From contig NC_086100.1 in assembly GCF_963921235.1 (NCBI RefSeq), positions 203,858,001 to 203,922,000 on the forward strand: DNA of 64,000 nucleotides, in the 5' to 3' direction. The stretch comes from Mobula hypostoma. Taxonomy: Eukaryota. Under the pieces are notes generated by a model. It saw nothing but the letters and a program-made list of their open reading frames with translations, was not told the DNA's origin and searched no databases. The number at the start of each line of letters is the position of its first letter. Position 1 is the stretch's first letter. The translations under genes were made by a program, and so were the position numbers. Below are positions 1-13,590 of this stretch, in pieces.

Positions 1-19
1 CACTCGACCCATCTGCAAC

Positions 20-300
20 GATTACAACGTGCTCCTCCGACCACATTTGAAGAATCAGATCACTCTTTGATCCTGCTTCTGCCGATGTACAGGCAAAAGC
101 TGAAACAGGAGGCGGCCATAGGTGATCCGTCCACTGTTGGTCCGATCAATCGGCTTTCATGCTACAAGACTGCTTGGTGACATCAGTTGGACTGTCTCCC
201 ATGATGAGGATGTGACGGAGTTCACGATGGGGTCACGTGCTTCATCTGAAAGTGCATCGAGGATGCTGTTCCCCAGAAAACGGTCAATGTCGTTTCCTTA
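20..300 (+). mobile_element. Rex1/Babar-like LINE fragment (end of endonuclease region), degenerate
   Basis: Translation reads ..RPHL..SDHSLILLLPMYRQKLKQEA.., the SDH motif and following helix typical of Rex1-like APE domains. Confidence 0.6.
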
Positions 301-1130
301 TTGTTACCGAAAATTTGGACACTAAAATCGTCACACCAACAATCCCAATTAAATTATATTTTGATCCTTCTGTAAAATGGTTAACATATCACAATAAATT
401 TCCTTAATATACCAATGAACTAACAGATTCTCAGGCATAACCATATCCTGAGACTTTATTAAATCGTGTATCCCAAAATCAATAAAAGCATTTGTAAAAA
501 CAAGTTGGGGTTACTAAGAAAGCTACAGTGGGACATATTGCATAATTCAATGAACACAGAATTCCAGCAGAATAAGAACCCAAGCACCCAAAACTAAAAC
601 ACTTTTCTTGTGATCTTCCCGACAGTCCTCCAACACACCTTTAAGAGGATGATCATTTCTTTGCTCCTTCAAATTAATCAAATATGTTAACATCAAATTC
701 AATCTTCGCAATATCAATCAGTAAACCTGAAACAGGAGACGACCTCACTGCACCGTAACAGAATCTTAAAGCCTGTGCTTCTACCACATCCAAACATTTT
801 AAAGTTGAAGATGAAGCTGATACATAAGCCACAGAGTCATAATCGAGACCATTTAAACAAATATAAATGGTCAACAGAGATTTTTGTGTAGCACCCAAAG
901 AATACCCACAAAGACACCTGAGAACATTTATTGCTCCTTTATATTTATCAATTATTTTACTGATATGGTGCTTCCATATCAGCTTATTGACCATCCACGT
1001 GCCTGGAAATCTTACCACTGACATGTCTTCAAGTGTTTGCTCATACGATTTGAAATCAAGTGCAGGTCTATTAATTTTGTTTATTAAACACATGACTTGT
1101 GTTATTTTGCCACTGAAAGCTTAGGTCCCA
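301..1130 (-). mobile_element. I/Nimb-clade LINE ORF2 fragment, degenerate
   Basis: ORF 674..1093: WKHHISKIIDKYKGAINVLRCLCGYSLGATQKSLLTIY..LDY..VAY.SAS...LK.LDVV.AQALR, the post-RT region of I/Nimb LINEs. Confidence 0.65.
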
Positions 1131-1178
1131 TCAATATGCCAACTGTTTGACCTTATTAATTACCAATGGCATCCTATA

Positions 1179-2191
1179 CAATAGCACACAAAAGTTTGGG
1201 CACCCCAGTCAGAATTTCTGTTACTGTGAATAGTTAAGTGAGTAGAAGATGAACTGATCTCCAAAAGTCATAAAGTTAAAGATGAAACATTCTTTTCAAC
1301 ATTTTAAGCAAGATTAGTGTATTATTTTTGTTTTGTACAATTTCAGAGTGAAAAAAGGAAAGGAGCACCATGCAAAAGTTTGGGAACCCCAAGAGATTTG
1401 AGCTCTCAGATAACTTTTACCAAGGTCTCAGACCTTAATTAGCTTGTTAGGGCTATGGCTTGTTCACAGTCATCATTAGGAAAGGCCAGGTGATGCAAAT
1501 TTCAAAGATTTATAAATACCCTGACTCCTCAAACCTTGCCGCAACAGTCAGCAGCCATGGGCTCCTCTCAGCAGCCGCCTAGCACTCTGAAAATTAAAAT
1601 AAACGATGCCCACAAAGCAGGAAAAGGCTACAAGAAGATAGCAAAGCGTTTTCAGGTAGCCGTTTCCTCAGTTCGTAATGTAATTAAGAAATGACAGTTA
1701 ACAGGAACGGTGGAGATCAAGTTGAGGTCTGGAAGACCAAGAAAACTTACCGCGAGAACTGCTTGTAGGATTGCTAGAAAGGCAAATCAAAACCCCCATT
1801 TTACTGCAAAAGACCTTCAGGAAGATACAGCAGACTCTGGAGTGGTGGTACAATGCTCTACTGTGCAGCGACACCTGCACAAATATGACCTTCATGGAAG
1901 AAGCATCAGAAGAAAACCTTTCCTGCATCCTCACCACAAAATTCAGCATCATGTTTGCAAAGGAACATCTAAACAAGCCTTATGCATTTTTGGAAACAGG
2001 TCCTGTGGACTGATGAATTTAAAAGATAATGTTTTGGCTGCAATGAGCAAAGGTATGTTTGGAGAAAAAAGGGTGCAAAATTTCATGAAAGGAACACCTC
2101 TCCAACTGTTAAGCGGGGTGGCGGGAGGTGGATCGATCATGCTTTGGGCTTGTGTTGCAGCAAGTGGAATGGGCACATTTCACTGGTAGAG
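1179..2191 (+). mobile_element. Tc1-like DNA transposon (IR/DR type), left end plus disrupted transposase, 3'-truncated
   Basis: TA at 1177-1178 then CAATAGCACACAAAAGTTTGGGCACC; inner direct repeat TGCAAAAGTTTGGGAACC at 1371; transposase from ATG ~1557 with SGRPRKL, RRKPFL, GGGSIMLWAC motifs; stops and frameshifts. Confidence 0.9.
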
Positions 2192-3470
2192 TGCGCAGTC
2201 ACAATTACGACAGAGAAAGTACTCAGGAAGTTGAATAGGCTAAAGGTAGATAAATCTCCTGGACCAGATGGAATGCACCCTCGTGTTCTGAAGGAAGTAG
2301 CTGTGGAGATTGCCGAGGCATTAGCGATGATCTTTCAAAAGTCGATAGATTCTGGCATGGTTCCAGAGGACTGGAAGATTGCAAATGTCACTCCGCTATT
2401 TAAGAAGGGGGCAAGGAAGCAAAAAGGAAATTAAAGACCTGTTAGCTTGACATCGGTGGTTGGGAAGTTGTTGGAGTCGATTGTACATCAACGATTTGGA
2501 TTATGGAATAGATGGCTTTGTGGCTAAGTTTGCTGATGATACGAAGATAGGTGGAGGGGTCGGTAGTGCTGAGGAAACAGAGTCTGCAGAGAGACTTGGA
2601 TAGATTGGAAGAATGGACAAAGAAGTGGCAAGTGAAATACAATGTTGGAAAGTGTATGGTTAGGCACTCTGACAGAAGAAATGAACGGGCAGACTATTAT
2701 TTAAATGGGGAAAGATTTCAAAGTTCTGAGATGCAACGGGACTTGGGAGTCCTCGTACAGGATACTCTTAAGGTTAACCTTCAGGTTGAGTTGGTAGTGA
2801 AGAAGGTGAATGAAATGTTGGTATTCATTTCTAGAGGAATAGAGTATAGGAGCAGGGATGTGATGTTGAGGCTCTATAAGGCGCTGGTGAGACCTCACTT
2901 GGAGTACTGTGGGCAGTTTTGGTCTCCTTATTTAAGAAAGGATGTGCTGATGTTGGAGAGGGTACAGAGAAGATTCACTAGAATGATTCCAGGAATGGGA
3001 CGGTTAAAATATGAGGAACGTTTGTCCTCTCTTGTACTGTATTCCTTGGAGTTTAGAAGAATGAGGGGAGACCTCATAGAAACATTTCGAATGTTGAAAG
3101 GCATGGACAGAGTGGATGTGGCAAAGTTGTTTCCCATGATGGGGGAGTCTAGTACGAGAGGGCATGACTTAAGGATTGAAGGGCGCCCATTCAGAACAAA
3201 AATGCGAAGAAATTTTTTTATTTTTTTAGTCAGAGGGTGGTGAATCTATGGTATTTGTTGCCACGGGCAGCAGTGGAGGCCAAGACATTGGCTGTATTTA
3301 AGGCAGAGAGTGATAGGTATCTGAGTAGCCAGGGCATCAAACGTTATGGTGAAAAGGTGGGGGAGTGGGACTAAATGGGAGAATGGATCAGCTCATAATA
3401 AAATGGCAGAGCAGACTCCATGGGCCGAATGGCCGACTTCTGCTCCTTTGTCTAATCGTCTTATGGTCTT
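2192..3470 (+). mobile_element. CR1 LINE, RT 3' portion with internal deletion and 3' UTR
   Basis: DKSPGPDGMHPRVLKE, KFADDTK and LYKALVRPHLEYC motifs; jump from VGKLLESI to YINDLD near 2485; CR1 3' stem-loop near 3420-3450. Confidence 0.9.
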
Positions 3471-4114
3471 TCCTTCCTCATCGTCGCCCCCCTTCTCTCT
3501 TCCTGTATCCTCGGTGTAACGACCTCGCTGAAGGTACCGTCCAGAAAACTCTCGTTTTTCTGGATGAACCTGAGGTCATCCAGTTGCCTCTCCAGTGCTG
3601 CAACATGATCCTTCAGAAGCTGAATCTGAACACATTTTCCACAGTTGTAGGAGCCAGAGGCACCATCAGTGTCCCTGACCTCCTACATCATGCACGCAGC
3701 ACACTGAATCAGCCTGGCGGTCATTTCTTCACCACTTCTCCCCCTCTCCAACTGTAGCATAGGCTCCTCTCTCAGCCTCCTCGCCGAAGACTCTCGAGCT
3801 GAAGATTTGCACTTTTCTCAAAAGGCACTTCCCTCGAGAAGGCCGCTCCCTTCGAGCAAGCCTTACATATATTAGCTGTTAATTTGAGTAATTAGTTTCA
3901 CCTGCCGCACCTCCGCCGACCTTGAAGGTCTGTGTTGCTGGCTGCTTACCACCGGCTTTTAAAACAACCGCTCCCTTTCAGCCAATCCCTGCACCTTCTC
4001 CTTCACTGCTGCGCCTCTGCTGGCTTTGGCTTTTCTCCAGAACAGGCAAGACCTGTACAAAGAGGACAGTTTGTTCCTGAACTGGAGGGGACCAATATCC
4101 ATGTGGGAAGGTTT

Positions 4115-4745
4115 CATAACATAGAACATAGAACATATGTACTATGTAAGCACAGTAGAGGCCCTTCGGCCCACATTGGTGTGTCGACTCTCAAACCCTG
4201 CCTCCCATATAAGTCCCCACCTTAAATTCCTCCATCTACCTGTCTAGTGGCCTCTTAAATTTCACTAGCGTATCTGCCTCCACCACTGACTCAGACAGTG
4301 TATTCCACGCACCAACCACTCTCTGAGTAAAAAACCTTCCTCTAATATCCCCCTTGAACTTCCCACCCCTTACCTTAAAGCCATGTCCTCTTGTATTGAG
4401 CAGTGGTGTCCTGGGGAAGAGGCGCTGGCTATCCGCTCTATCTACTCCTCTTATTATATTGTATACCTCTATCATGTCTCCTCTTATCCTCCTCCTCTCC
4501 AATGTGTAAAGCCCTAGCCCCCTTAATCTCCGATCATAATGCATACTCTCTAAACCAGGCAGCATCCTGGTAAATCTCCCCTGTACCCTTTCCAATGCTT
4601 CCACATCCTTCCTATAGTGAGGTGACCAGAACTGGACACAGTACTCCAAGTGTGGCCTAACCAGAGTTTTATAGAGCTGCATCATTATCTCGCGACTCTG
4701 AAACTCTATCCCTTGACTTATGAAAGCTAACACCCCATAAGCTTC
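4115..4745 (-). mobile_element. CR1 LINE 3' fragment
   Basis: ORF 4236..4733 (LYKTLVRPHLEYCVQFWSP, TRGH, FFTQRVV); GAACATA-type tail at ~4118-4137; same subfamily as 43112-50990. Confidence 0.9.
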
Positions 4746-5249
4746 CTAGTTTCCTAGTGCTACTCAGAGTAAGCGTTTAGACTAGAGTTACAGGGGTCTG
4801 AACTAGAGTGCCAGGGAAGCAAGTGGAGTGGATGAACACTTCCTCTAATTTTGTACTTCCAGTGCCGCGGACCAACCATTGCTCTGAGCAGAAATTTGTT
4901 ACATAGCACTTTAAATTAACAGAAATTTCCAGTTGCATTGGAGCATTTCATTGACTGCACGGCCATCCATCCGCACAGTTGAGAATGAGCTGTTGTGTTA
5001 AATGATGAGGGAGACTGAACTTTATTGATAACAATATATGAATTCCTCCTATGTGGGAGTGCCTAACTGAGTGGATAGGATTAACCCATTAACTACCACA
5101 GCATCTCCTCTTCTTGACAGGATAAAGCAAAACAAAGTATGCCCTTCTTGTCTATAGAACTGTATTGAAATTATAGTCAGGGAAATTGAGTGATTCAGTT
5201 CACTTTACCCATACCGTCCATATGCGTGTAACTTACATAAAAATTAAAA

Positions 5250-7760
5250 AAGTATAGCTTACATTATAACTGTGTTTTGTGCTTGTTTTAATTATCATTC
5301 ACTCTATATTTCGACTTCTATTCCAGCAATTCCATATTTGCAGAAGAGCCGCATATTGTGAAATGCCTGTAACATTAGAACTCTTTTTTAAAAATACACT
5401 AAATGTTATAGAGGTCAGGGTAGACTACCTGAATACTCGGGCAAACAGAGAATTATTCTGCATCTTCCATCATTTGTTTTGGGCTGTTAGGCTACAGAGT
5501 ATATATCTGTGGTGGAAGAGATGAACAACCGTATCTCATATAGGTTGCTGGAAATGTTGGAGTGGATGACGATTCTTGAATAGGGGCATTCTCATTGTAA
5601 GGATCTGGCCGCTCTATTTCTTTCACCATGTTTTGCGGACTTTGTGGGATTCACGTGATCCTGTTTCTCCTAATTTCACCTCGTTATGTTCTGATGGAAA
5701 ATAATCATGGTATATGATCTGTGATGCAGGAAATCTTTCACGTACCTGAGCTAAGTAGATGTCGGTATCTTCCATGAGGGCAGATTTAGCTTCCTTCCAC
5801 TCTTTTTTGCATGGCATCCATGACAGAGAGTCTGACATTTGTGAAGGATTTGCTGGAGACATGTTACACGTTACATGTCATAACTGTATTACATAAACCT
5901 CATTCTGAATCTTTGCATACGTGGTGTTACATCATCCAATTATTACCAGCTGAGGAGGCTGACAGTAGGTTATGGTCTTTTTTCAAGTAGGAATTTAGTG
6001 TCTATCAAGTAGCAGCTGAATCATTCACAAGGCCAGACGAGAGTCAGCATCTGCTTTTTGATTTGGGAATAACACTGCTCAGTAGGAGGCAGTGCTCCTG
6101 ATGTAGATGCCACCAGTTTCCATACAGCATTGCAGTTTTGCATGAGCTGTCCCCTAAGGCCAAAGGAAGAGGGATCTGCTGAGAACTTGGTTACCTTGTT
6201 GAGATCAAAGAACGCAAATGTTGGTGGTGAGATAAGTTCTACTTTAAGTGATGAGAATGACTTTTCCTCTGGTGTGCCTCAGGTCCAAATGTTTCTCTGA
6301 GAGAGGAGGCCATGTCATGAATTTTTCATTGACACATCTGGACTGAATTTTCCCAGCTGGTTTATCATGCCAAGAAAACTCCATATCTCTAACACATACG
6401 TAGGTTGTTCCATATTCTGAAGTCTTGCCAGGTTCTCTGAATCTGGTTGCACTCCCCCTGAGGACAGCTGGTGGCAAAAGAACTTCACCACAAACTGTAC
6501 AAATTTGCATTTTTTTTTTCTGTTTGGGGGAAATCCAGATGTTTCAGTTTCTCAAAGGCAGCTGCCGCTTTTTTGACATGTTCCTCACATGAGCCTTGAA
6601 AGATGAGTTTATCATCCATGTGGCAGGCTACTCCTTCCAGTCTCTCCAAAATTTAGTTCATCCTCACCTTAAAGAGTGCAGGAGCTGATGAGATGCCAAT
6701 GGGAGTCTTTTGAAGCACAGTGTCAATATGGTATGACAAAGTTTGTGAGCTTCCGTGACTCGGGGTCTCAATGGATCTGTGAGGACCCTGAGTTTGCAAC
6801 TAGTTTGATAAGAACTTTGCTGGAATCAGCATACCCAATGTTTGCTCAAAAGAGGGCAGAACAAACTTCTCCCATCTCAATGCGTTATTCAGTTTTGTTT
6901 TATCAACATAGATCCTCAGTGTGCCATCTGACTTGGGAACAGGAACAATGCTCGCACACCAGTCAGTACGGAATCTAGTTATGAGGTTCAACGTCTCCAT
7001 TCTCTCAAGTTCAGGTTTGACTTTGTTCCTCAATGAGTCTGCTATTTGCCTCACTATGGTCAAAGACATCACTATGGTCTGAGGCCAGTCACTCCAGGCC
7101 TCAGCTGGATAAGGTACTCTTCTTTCAATGAACAACGCTGAGCACTTCCGCTGCCACAGAGCATTGTTTAGGGAAGCCAACCACGCAATAAGATTCAGAT
7201 TCTCAATGTATTCTCATCCCAGTCATGGTGGGAAGAGATTCTGAACAACATAGACATCGTCATTTAACTGTTCCTCATTTTCATGGATGGAAACAGTAAA
7301 CATTCCTTTCACATTAAGCTTATCTTTCCCTCGGCCCATAAGTACTTTCTTTGCTTGGTTTTACTTAATGCCTGTTTTTCTTTGCCAATTTTGTGAACAG
7401 GCATTCAGGGATAACTGTGACATCTGCCCCATTGTCCATTTTGAATGTCATTGCCTTCTATTAAAACAGAATCATTGCAGACCTCCCTTCTTCTATTTGA
7501 ATCTAGAGCCTCGCAGAATGCTTTCTCTGTTTGAATGTGCTTGTCTTTGCCCTCCTGAAGAACTTCTTGAGTAACACTGGTTTTTATAACAGTCATCTCT
7601 ATTGCATTGTTGTACTCATATGTACTCGTACATCTGTATACTTCTCATGGGATTCACGTGATCATAGCTGCCTACACCTGACCCGTCAGCTCCTTTTTCT
7701 GACCAGAGTCTCATTAACTAGGATTCCCTAATCCAGCCAGCAAGAACCTGCACTCTAATA
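5250..7760 (-). mobile_element. Highly degenerate Gypsy/Ty3 LTR retrotransposon pol remnant
   Basis: RT segment ELERME..TDWCASIVPVPKSDGTLRIYVD..LN.ALRWEKFVLPS (6800..7180); RNase H-like ASTSGALPPTEQCYSQI..LVWPCE near 6000-6120; protease-like FKMDNGADVTVIP near 7410-7450; boundaries approximate. Confidence 0.7.
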
Positions 7761-7926
7761 GGATTATTGGCCCTTGACCTCTCCCACTCTGATTTGTAGA
7801 AGACTCCTACTTTCTAGACATCCCTTAACCTGCAATCGGCATCTACTAGTCAACCTTTGCAAGTTGCTGTCTACAGACTTTAAGATTGACCTGCTCTAAT
7901 TTATAATTTTAAAATGTGAACCAGCA

Positions 7927-8831
7927 CAATAGATTCCAGTTAACTGGGCCACATTAGGACCGGTACATTTTGGCCCAATTAACCGAATCTTTGCAGAGAT
8001 AGTTAAAAAGGTGTAAAAAAGAAAAAAAAAACTACTATTTAACCGAGTAACAAACTACGTATTTAAATGAAATACAAAACAAATTAGAACACTACCAATA
8101 CTACTACTGTACCATAAAACTGTCGCTCCTAATAGCTGAGAGTGAGAGATATGGACCTTGTGGCTAAAGGGATCAGGGGGTATGGAGGGAAGGCTGGTAC
8201 AGGGTTCTGAGTTGGATGATCAGCCATGATCATACTGAATGGTGGTGCAGGCTCAAAGGGCCGAATGGCCTACTCCTGCACCTATTTTCTATGTTTCTAT
8301 GTTTCTATATAACAGCGCAGACAGCTTGCAGAGATAATGGACAAGCCTTCAAACAATGTTTTCAATGATTGAAGCATGAATATCTTCATTTTCATTGTAA
8401 TATTCAGTATTCAATATGATTGTCAACATCTTCAAATTATTCGTATTACCACCTGCTAAAACAGTGAAGTGGTTTGATTTTTCATCCCAGCCATTTCTGG
8501 CATCTCCAACCTTCACGAAGGGTTCTGGCCCGAAACGTTGACTGATCGTTTCCACGGATGCTGCCCGACCTGCCGAGTTCCTCCAGTGTGTTGTGAGTGA
8601 CACTACTTTAAAACTGTTAGCTCTAAGCTCAGTGTAGTATCTAACAGACACACAACTTGTACATGACTGGTAGTTGGAAACTACTCAACACAGTCTCTGG
8701 CATATGGTCCCATATAAATAAAATGAAGCCCATGTATTTTCCTGATTTGACTTTGTTCTTCATCTGTTGTTCCAAGTAAGCAGCTTCCCAATTTATTAAT
8801 TAATTCTTGCCTAATTAACCAGAATTCATTG
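7927..8831. mobile_element. Tigger/pogo-like non-autonomous DNA transposon remnant, carrying a CR1 3' tail insertion (8135-8307)
   Basis: Imperfect terminal inverted repeats CAATAGATTCCAGTTAACTGGG ... CCTAATTAACCAGAATTCATTG followed by TA. Confidence 0.5.
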
Positions 8832-8869
8832 TATTTTGCAACTAATCATGGTCATTGTTTCTGAATTGT

Positions 8870-10310
8870 TCCCTAGTGACATTTATGTCTCGTGCTCAGT
8901 TGCATGTTCCAACAGGAGATCCAGTGTTCTTCACTCTGTAGTAGGGCCATCAATATATTGTTGGAGAAGATTTTCTGCGACACATTGAATAATTTCTGTC
9001 CCATCCAAGCCATCTCTCTCACTGAAGAGTTACTCCTAATCACTGTTCTGAATGGATGACCCCTCACCCCTGCCATTCTGAGGCTGTGCTGTCTGGTCTC
9101 CGACTCCACACCCCCCACATAGGAAACATCTTCCCCAGATCCACTCCTTCGAGGCCTTTCAACATTTTATATGCTTCAGATAGATCACCACAGCCTTATT
9201 CTTCTGAATGCCAGTGAGTACCAGCACAGAGTCATCAACCGGTTCTCATATGGTAACCCTTTCATTACCGGCAACATTCTCGTGAAACTTCTCTGAAGCC
9301 CCTATAATGTCAGCACATCCTTTCTTGGATAAGGAGCCCCAAACTGTTCACAATACTCCAATAAGGCCTTACTAGTGAATGCTATCATTGCATTTGACTT
9401 CCTCACCATCAACTCAATCTGCAAGTTAGCTTTTTGGAATCCTGCACTGAGGACTCTCAAGTGCCTTTACAACTCATGCTGTTTAATTTTCTCTCCATCT
9501 ATTCCTTCTACCAAACACAATTTTATTACACTTCCCAACACTATATTCTGTTACTTCTTCCGCCATTCTCCTAATCTGGTTTACCCTTCTGCAGCATCCC
9601 TCAACATTACCTGCCCTTCCACCTATCCTCCTGCTGTCTGCAAACTCATCAATTCTGTCATGCAAGTCTTTGATATGTAAAAAGAAGCAGTCCAAACACA
9701 GACCCCTGCAGAACACCAGTAGTCACAGGCGGCCAAACAGAAAAGTCTCCTTGTATTCCCACACTTTGTCTCCTGCCAAATCAGCCAATGCTCGTTCCAT
9801 GCTTCTATTTTCTAACATCGTGGATTTGGAGTTTGTTAAGCAGACACATGTGCGGGCCTTCTCAATAGCCTTCTCAAAATTCAAGTAGACAACATTCACG
9901 AATTCTCCTTTCTCTATTCTGCTTGTTATTTCTTCAAAGAATCTCAATAGAGTTGTCAGGCCAGATTTTCCATTGAGGAAATCATTCGGGCTATGGCCTA
10001 TATTATCATGTATGCTGAAAACCACATCCTTAACAAACAATTCCAACATCTTGCCCACCACTGAGTCCAGACTAACTGGCTTAGAGTTTCCTTTTTGCTG
10101 CACCTCTCCGTTTTTGAAGAATGGAGTGAAATTTGCAAATTTTCCAGTCTTCGGAAGCATTGCACAATCTTGTGATACTTGAAAAATCATACTGATGTCT
10201 CCACAATATATTTCTGAATCTTGGAGGATACACCATCTGGTCCAGTTGACTTATCTACCTTTAGATCTTTCAAACTTCCAAGTTTTCCTGAGTAATGGCA
10301 ACTTCGCACG
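8870..10310 (-). mobile_element. Old degenerate CR1 LINE
   Basis: DKSTGPDG, KPVSLDSVVGKMLE and VNVVYLNFEKA remnants in ORFs 9723..10190 and 10187..10399. Confidence 0.8.
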
Positions 10311-10709
10311 CTTCTGACTCCTGAATCATTTGAACTGTGTTGCGATCCAGAGCAGCTGTGCGGCAGATGGGAAAGGTGATGCAAATTAAAATAAAACATA
10401 ATAAAATGAGTGGGATCAGTAGATAAGACAGACAGGACAAGGCAGGGAGTGAGGAAGATCTGATGGACTAAACTCGATTTATTTTAATGTAAGCACAAAT
10501 AACCTTCAGGAAAATTTATTACCGATGTGTCTTTTTTTTTGCTCGTGTGGGGAGGATGGAATCGTTGCTCGCTGCCGCTCACGTGCCGGAGGGGGAGCTG
10601 GGGGGGGCTTTGGGGTTCTCCTGTTTAACTGTCGTTCACTCTTTGGGGCACTTCTCTGTTTTCGTGGATGCTTGCGAAGAAAAGGATGTAAAAGGCGAGG
10701 GGAGTAATT

Positions 10710-13590
10710 AATTAAAAGTATTATATATGAATGCACAAAGTGTAAGAAATAAAGTAGATGAGCTGGAGGCTGAGTTGGAAATTGGCGAGTATGATATTGT
10801 AGGAATAACAGAGACATGGCTGTAAGCGGACCAGGGCTGGGAAATGGATATTCAAGGGGTATACGTCCTATCGAAAAGACAGACTGATGGGCAGAGGGGG
10901 TGGGGTGGCTTTGTTGGTGAGGAATGAAATTCAGTCCCTTGTGAGGGGTGACACCGAATCGAGAGATGTAGAGTCAGTATGGATAGAACTGAGAAATTGT
11001 AAGGCCAAAAAAACCCTAATGGGAGTCATCTACAGGCCCCCAAACAGTAGCCTGGAAATATGATGCAATTTGAATGAAGAGTTAAAATTGGCATGTCTCA
11101 AAGGTAATGTTACAGTTGCTATGGGGGATTTCAACATCCAGGTCGACTGGGAAAATCAGGTTGGTACTGCATCCCAAGAAAGGGAGTTTGTGGAGTGCCT
11201 CAGAGATGGATTCTCAGAGCAGCTTGTACTGGAGCCTACCAGGGAGAAGGCGATTCTGGATTTAGTGTTGTGTAAAAGCCAGATTTGATAAGGGAACTCG
11301 AGGTAAAGGAGCCATTAGGAGGTACTGACCATAATATGGTAAGTTTTAATCTACAATTTGAGAAGGAGAAGGGAAGATCGGAAGTGTCAGTATTACAGTT
11401 GAACAAAGGGGACTATGGAGCCATGAAGGAGGAGCTGTCCAAAGTTGACTGGAAAGATACCCTAGCAGGGCTGACAGTGGAACAACAATGGCAGGTATTT
11501 CTGGGAATAATATGGAAGGTGCAGGATCAGTTCACTCCAAAGAGGAATAAAGATTCTAAGGGGAGAAAGGGGCGACCGTGGCTGACAAAGAAAGTCAAGG
11601 ACAATATAAAAATAAAAGAGACGTATAACATAGCAAAGATGAGCGGGAAGCCAGAGGATTGGGAAACTTTTAAAGAGCAACAGATGATAACTAAAAAGGC
11701 AATACGGGGAGAAAAGATGAGGTACGAAGGTATGCTAGCCAAAAATATAAAGCAGGATAGTAAAAGCTTCTTAAGGTATGTAAAGAAGAAAAAAAAATAG
11801 GTCAGAACAAAGTTGTGCCCTTGAAGAGAGAAACGGGTGAAATTATTAAGGGGAACAAGGAAATGGCAGAAGAGTTGAACAGGAACTTTAGATCTGTTTT
11901 CACTAGGGAAGACACAAACAATTTCCCAGGTGTAAATAGTGGCCAGAGGACTTAGGCTTACAGAGGAACTGAAGGTAATTCACATTCGGCAGGAAATGGT
12001 GTTGGGTAGACTGATGGGACTGAAGGCTGATAAATCCTCAGGGCCTGATGGTCTGCATCCCAGGGTACTTAAGGAGGTGGCTCTAGAAATCGTGGATGCA
12101 TTGGTAATCATTTTCCAATTTTCTATATATTCAGAATCAGTTCCTGTGGATTGGAGGGTAGCAATGTTATCCCACATTTTTAAAAAAAGAGAGAGAGAGA
12201 AAGCAGGGAATTATAGACCAGTTAGCCTGACAACAGTGGTGGAGCAGATGCTGGAGTCAATTATAGAAGATGAAATAGTGGCACATTTGGATAACAGTAA
12301 CAGGATTGGTTCAAGTCAGCATGGATTTACGAAGGGAAAATCATGCTTGATTAATCTTCTGGAATGTTTTGAGGATGTAACTATGAAAATGGACAAGGGA
12401 GAGCCAGTGGATGTAGTGTACCTGGACTTTCTGAAAGCCTTTGATAAGGTCCCACATAGGAGGTTAGTGGGCAAAATTAGAGCACATGGTATTGGGGGGA
12501 GGGTACTGACATGGATAGACAACTGGTTGGCAGACAAGAAACAAAGAGTAGGGATTAATGGGTCCTTTTCAGAATAGCAGACAGTGACTAGTAGGGTACT
12601 GCAAGGCTCGGTGCTGGGACCGCAGCTATTTAAAATATATATTAATGATTTACATGAAGGGGTTAATAGTAGCATTAGCAAATTTACATATGACACAAAG
12701 CTAGGTGGCAGTGTGAAATGTGAAAAGGATGCTATGAGAATGCAGGGCGACTTGGACAGGCTGGGTGAGTGGGCAGATGCAGTTTAATGTGGATAAATGT
12801 GAGGTTATCCACTTTGGTGGCAAGAACAGGATGGCAGATTACTATCTGAATGGTGTCAATTTGGGAAAAAGGGAAGTACAACGAGATCTAGGTGTCCTTG
12901 TTCATCAGTCACTGAAAGTAAGCGTACAGGTACAGCAGGCAGTGAAGAATGTTAATGGCATGTTGGCCTTCATAACAAGGGGAGTTGAGTATAGGTGCAA
13001 AGAGGTCCTTCTGCAGTTGTACAGGGCCCTGGTGAGACCCCACCTGGAGTATTGTGTGCAGTTTTGGTCTCCAAATTTGAGGAAGGACTTTCTTGCTATT
13101 GAAGGAGTGCAGCGCAGGTTCACAAGGTTAATTTCCGGGATGCCGGGACTGTCATAAGTTGAAAGATTGGAGTGACTGGGCTTGTATCCACTGGAATTTA
13201 GAAGGATGAGAGGGGATCTGATTGAAACATATAAGATTATTAAGGGATTGGACACGCTAGAGGCAAGAAACATGTTCACGATGCTGGGGGAGTCCAGAAC
13301 CAGAGACCACAGTTCAAGAATAAGGGGTAGGCCATTTAGAACGGAGTTGAGGAAAATCTTTTTCACATAGCAAGTTGTGGATCTGTGGAATGCTCTGCCT
13401 CAGAGGGCAATGGAGGACAATTCTCTAATGCTTTCAAGAAAGAGTTGGATAGAGTCAAGGGATATGGGGAGAAGGGGGGAACGGGGTACTGATTGTGGAT
13501 GATCAGCCATGATCACGGAGTATGGTGGTGCTGGCTCGAAGGGCCGAATGGCCTACTCCTTCAAATATTGTCTATTGTGTATATTGTCTC
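10710..13590 (+). mobile_element. CR1 LINE ORF2 (APE endonuclease + RT) and 3' UTR, multiple stops/frameshifts
   Basis: [44 protein letters not shown] and RPHLEYCVQFWSP motifs across ORFs 11070-13370. Confidence 0.95.
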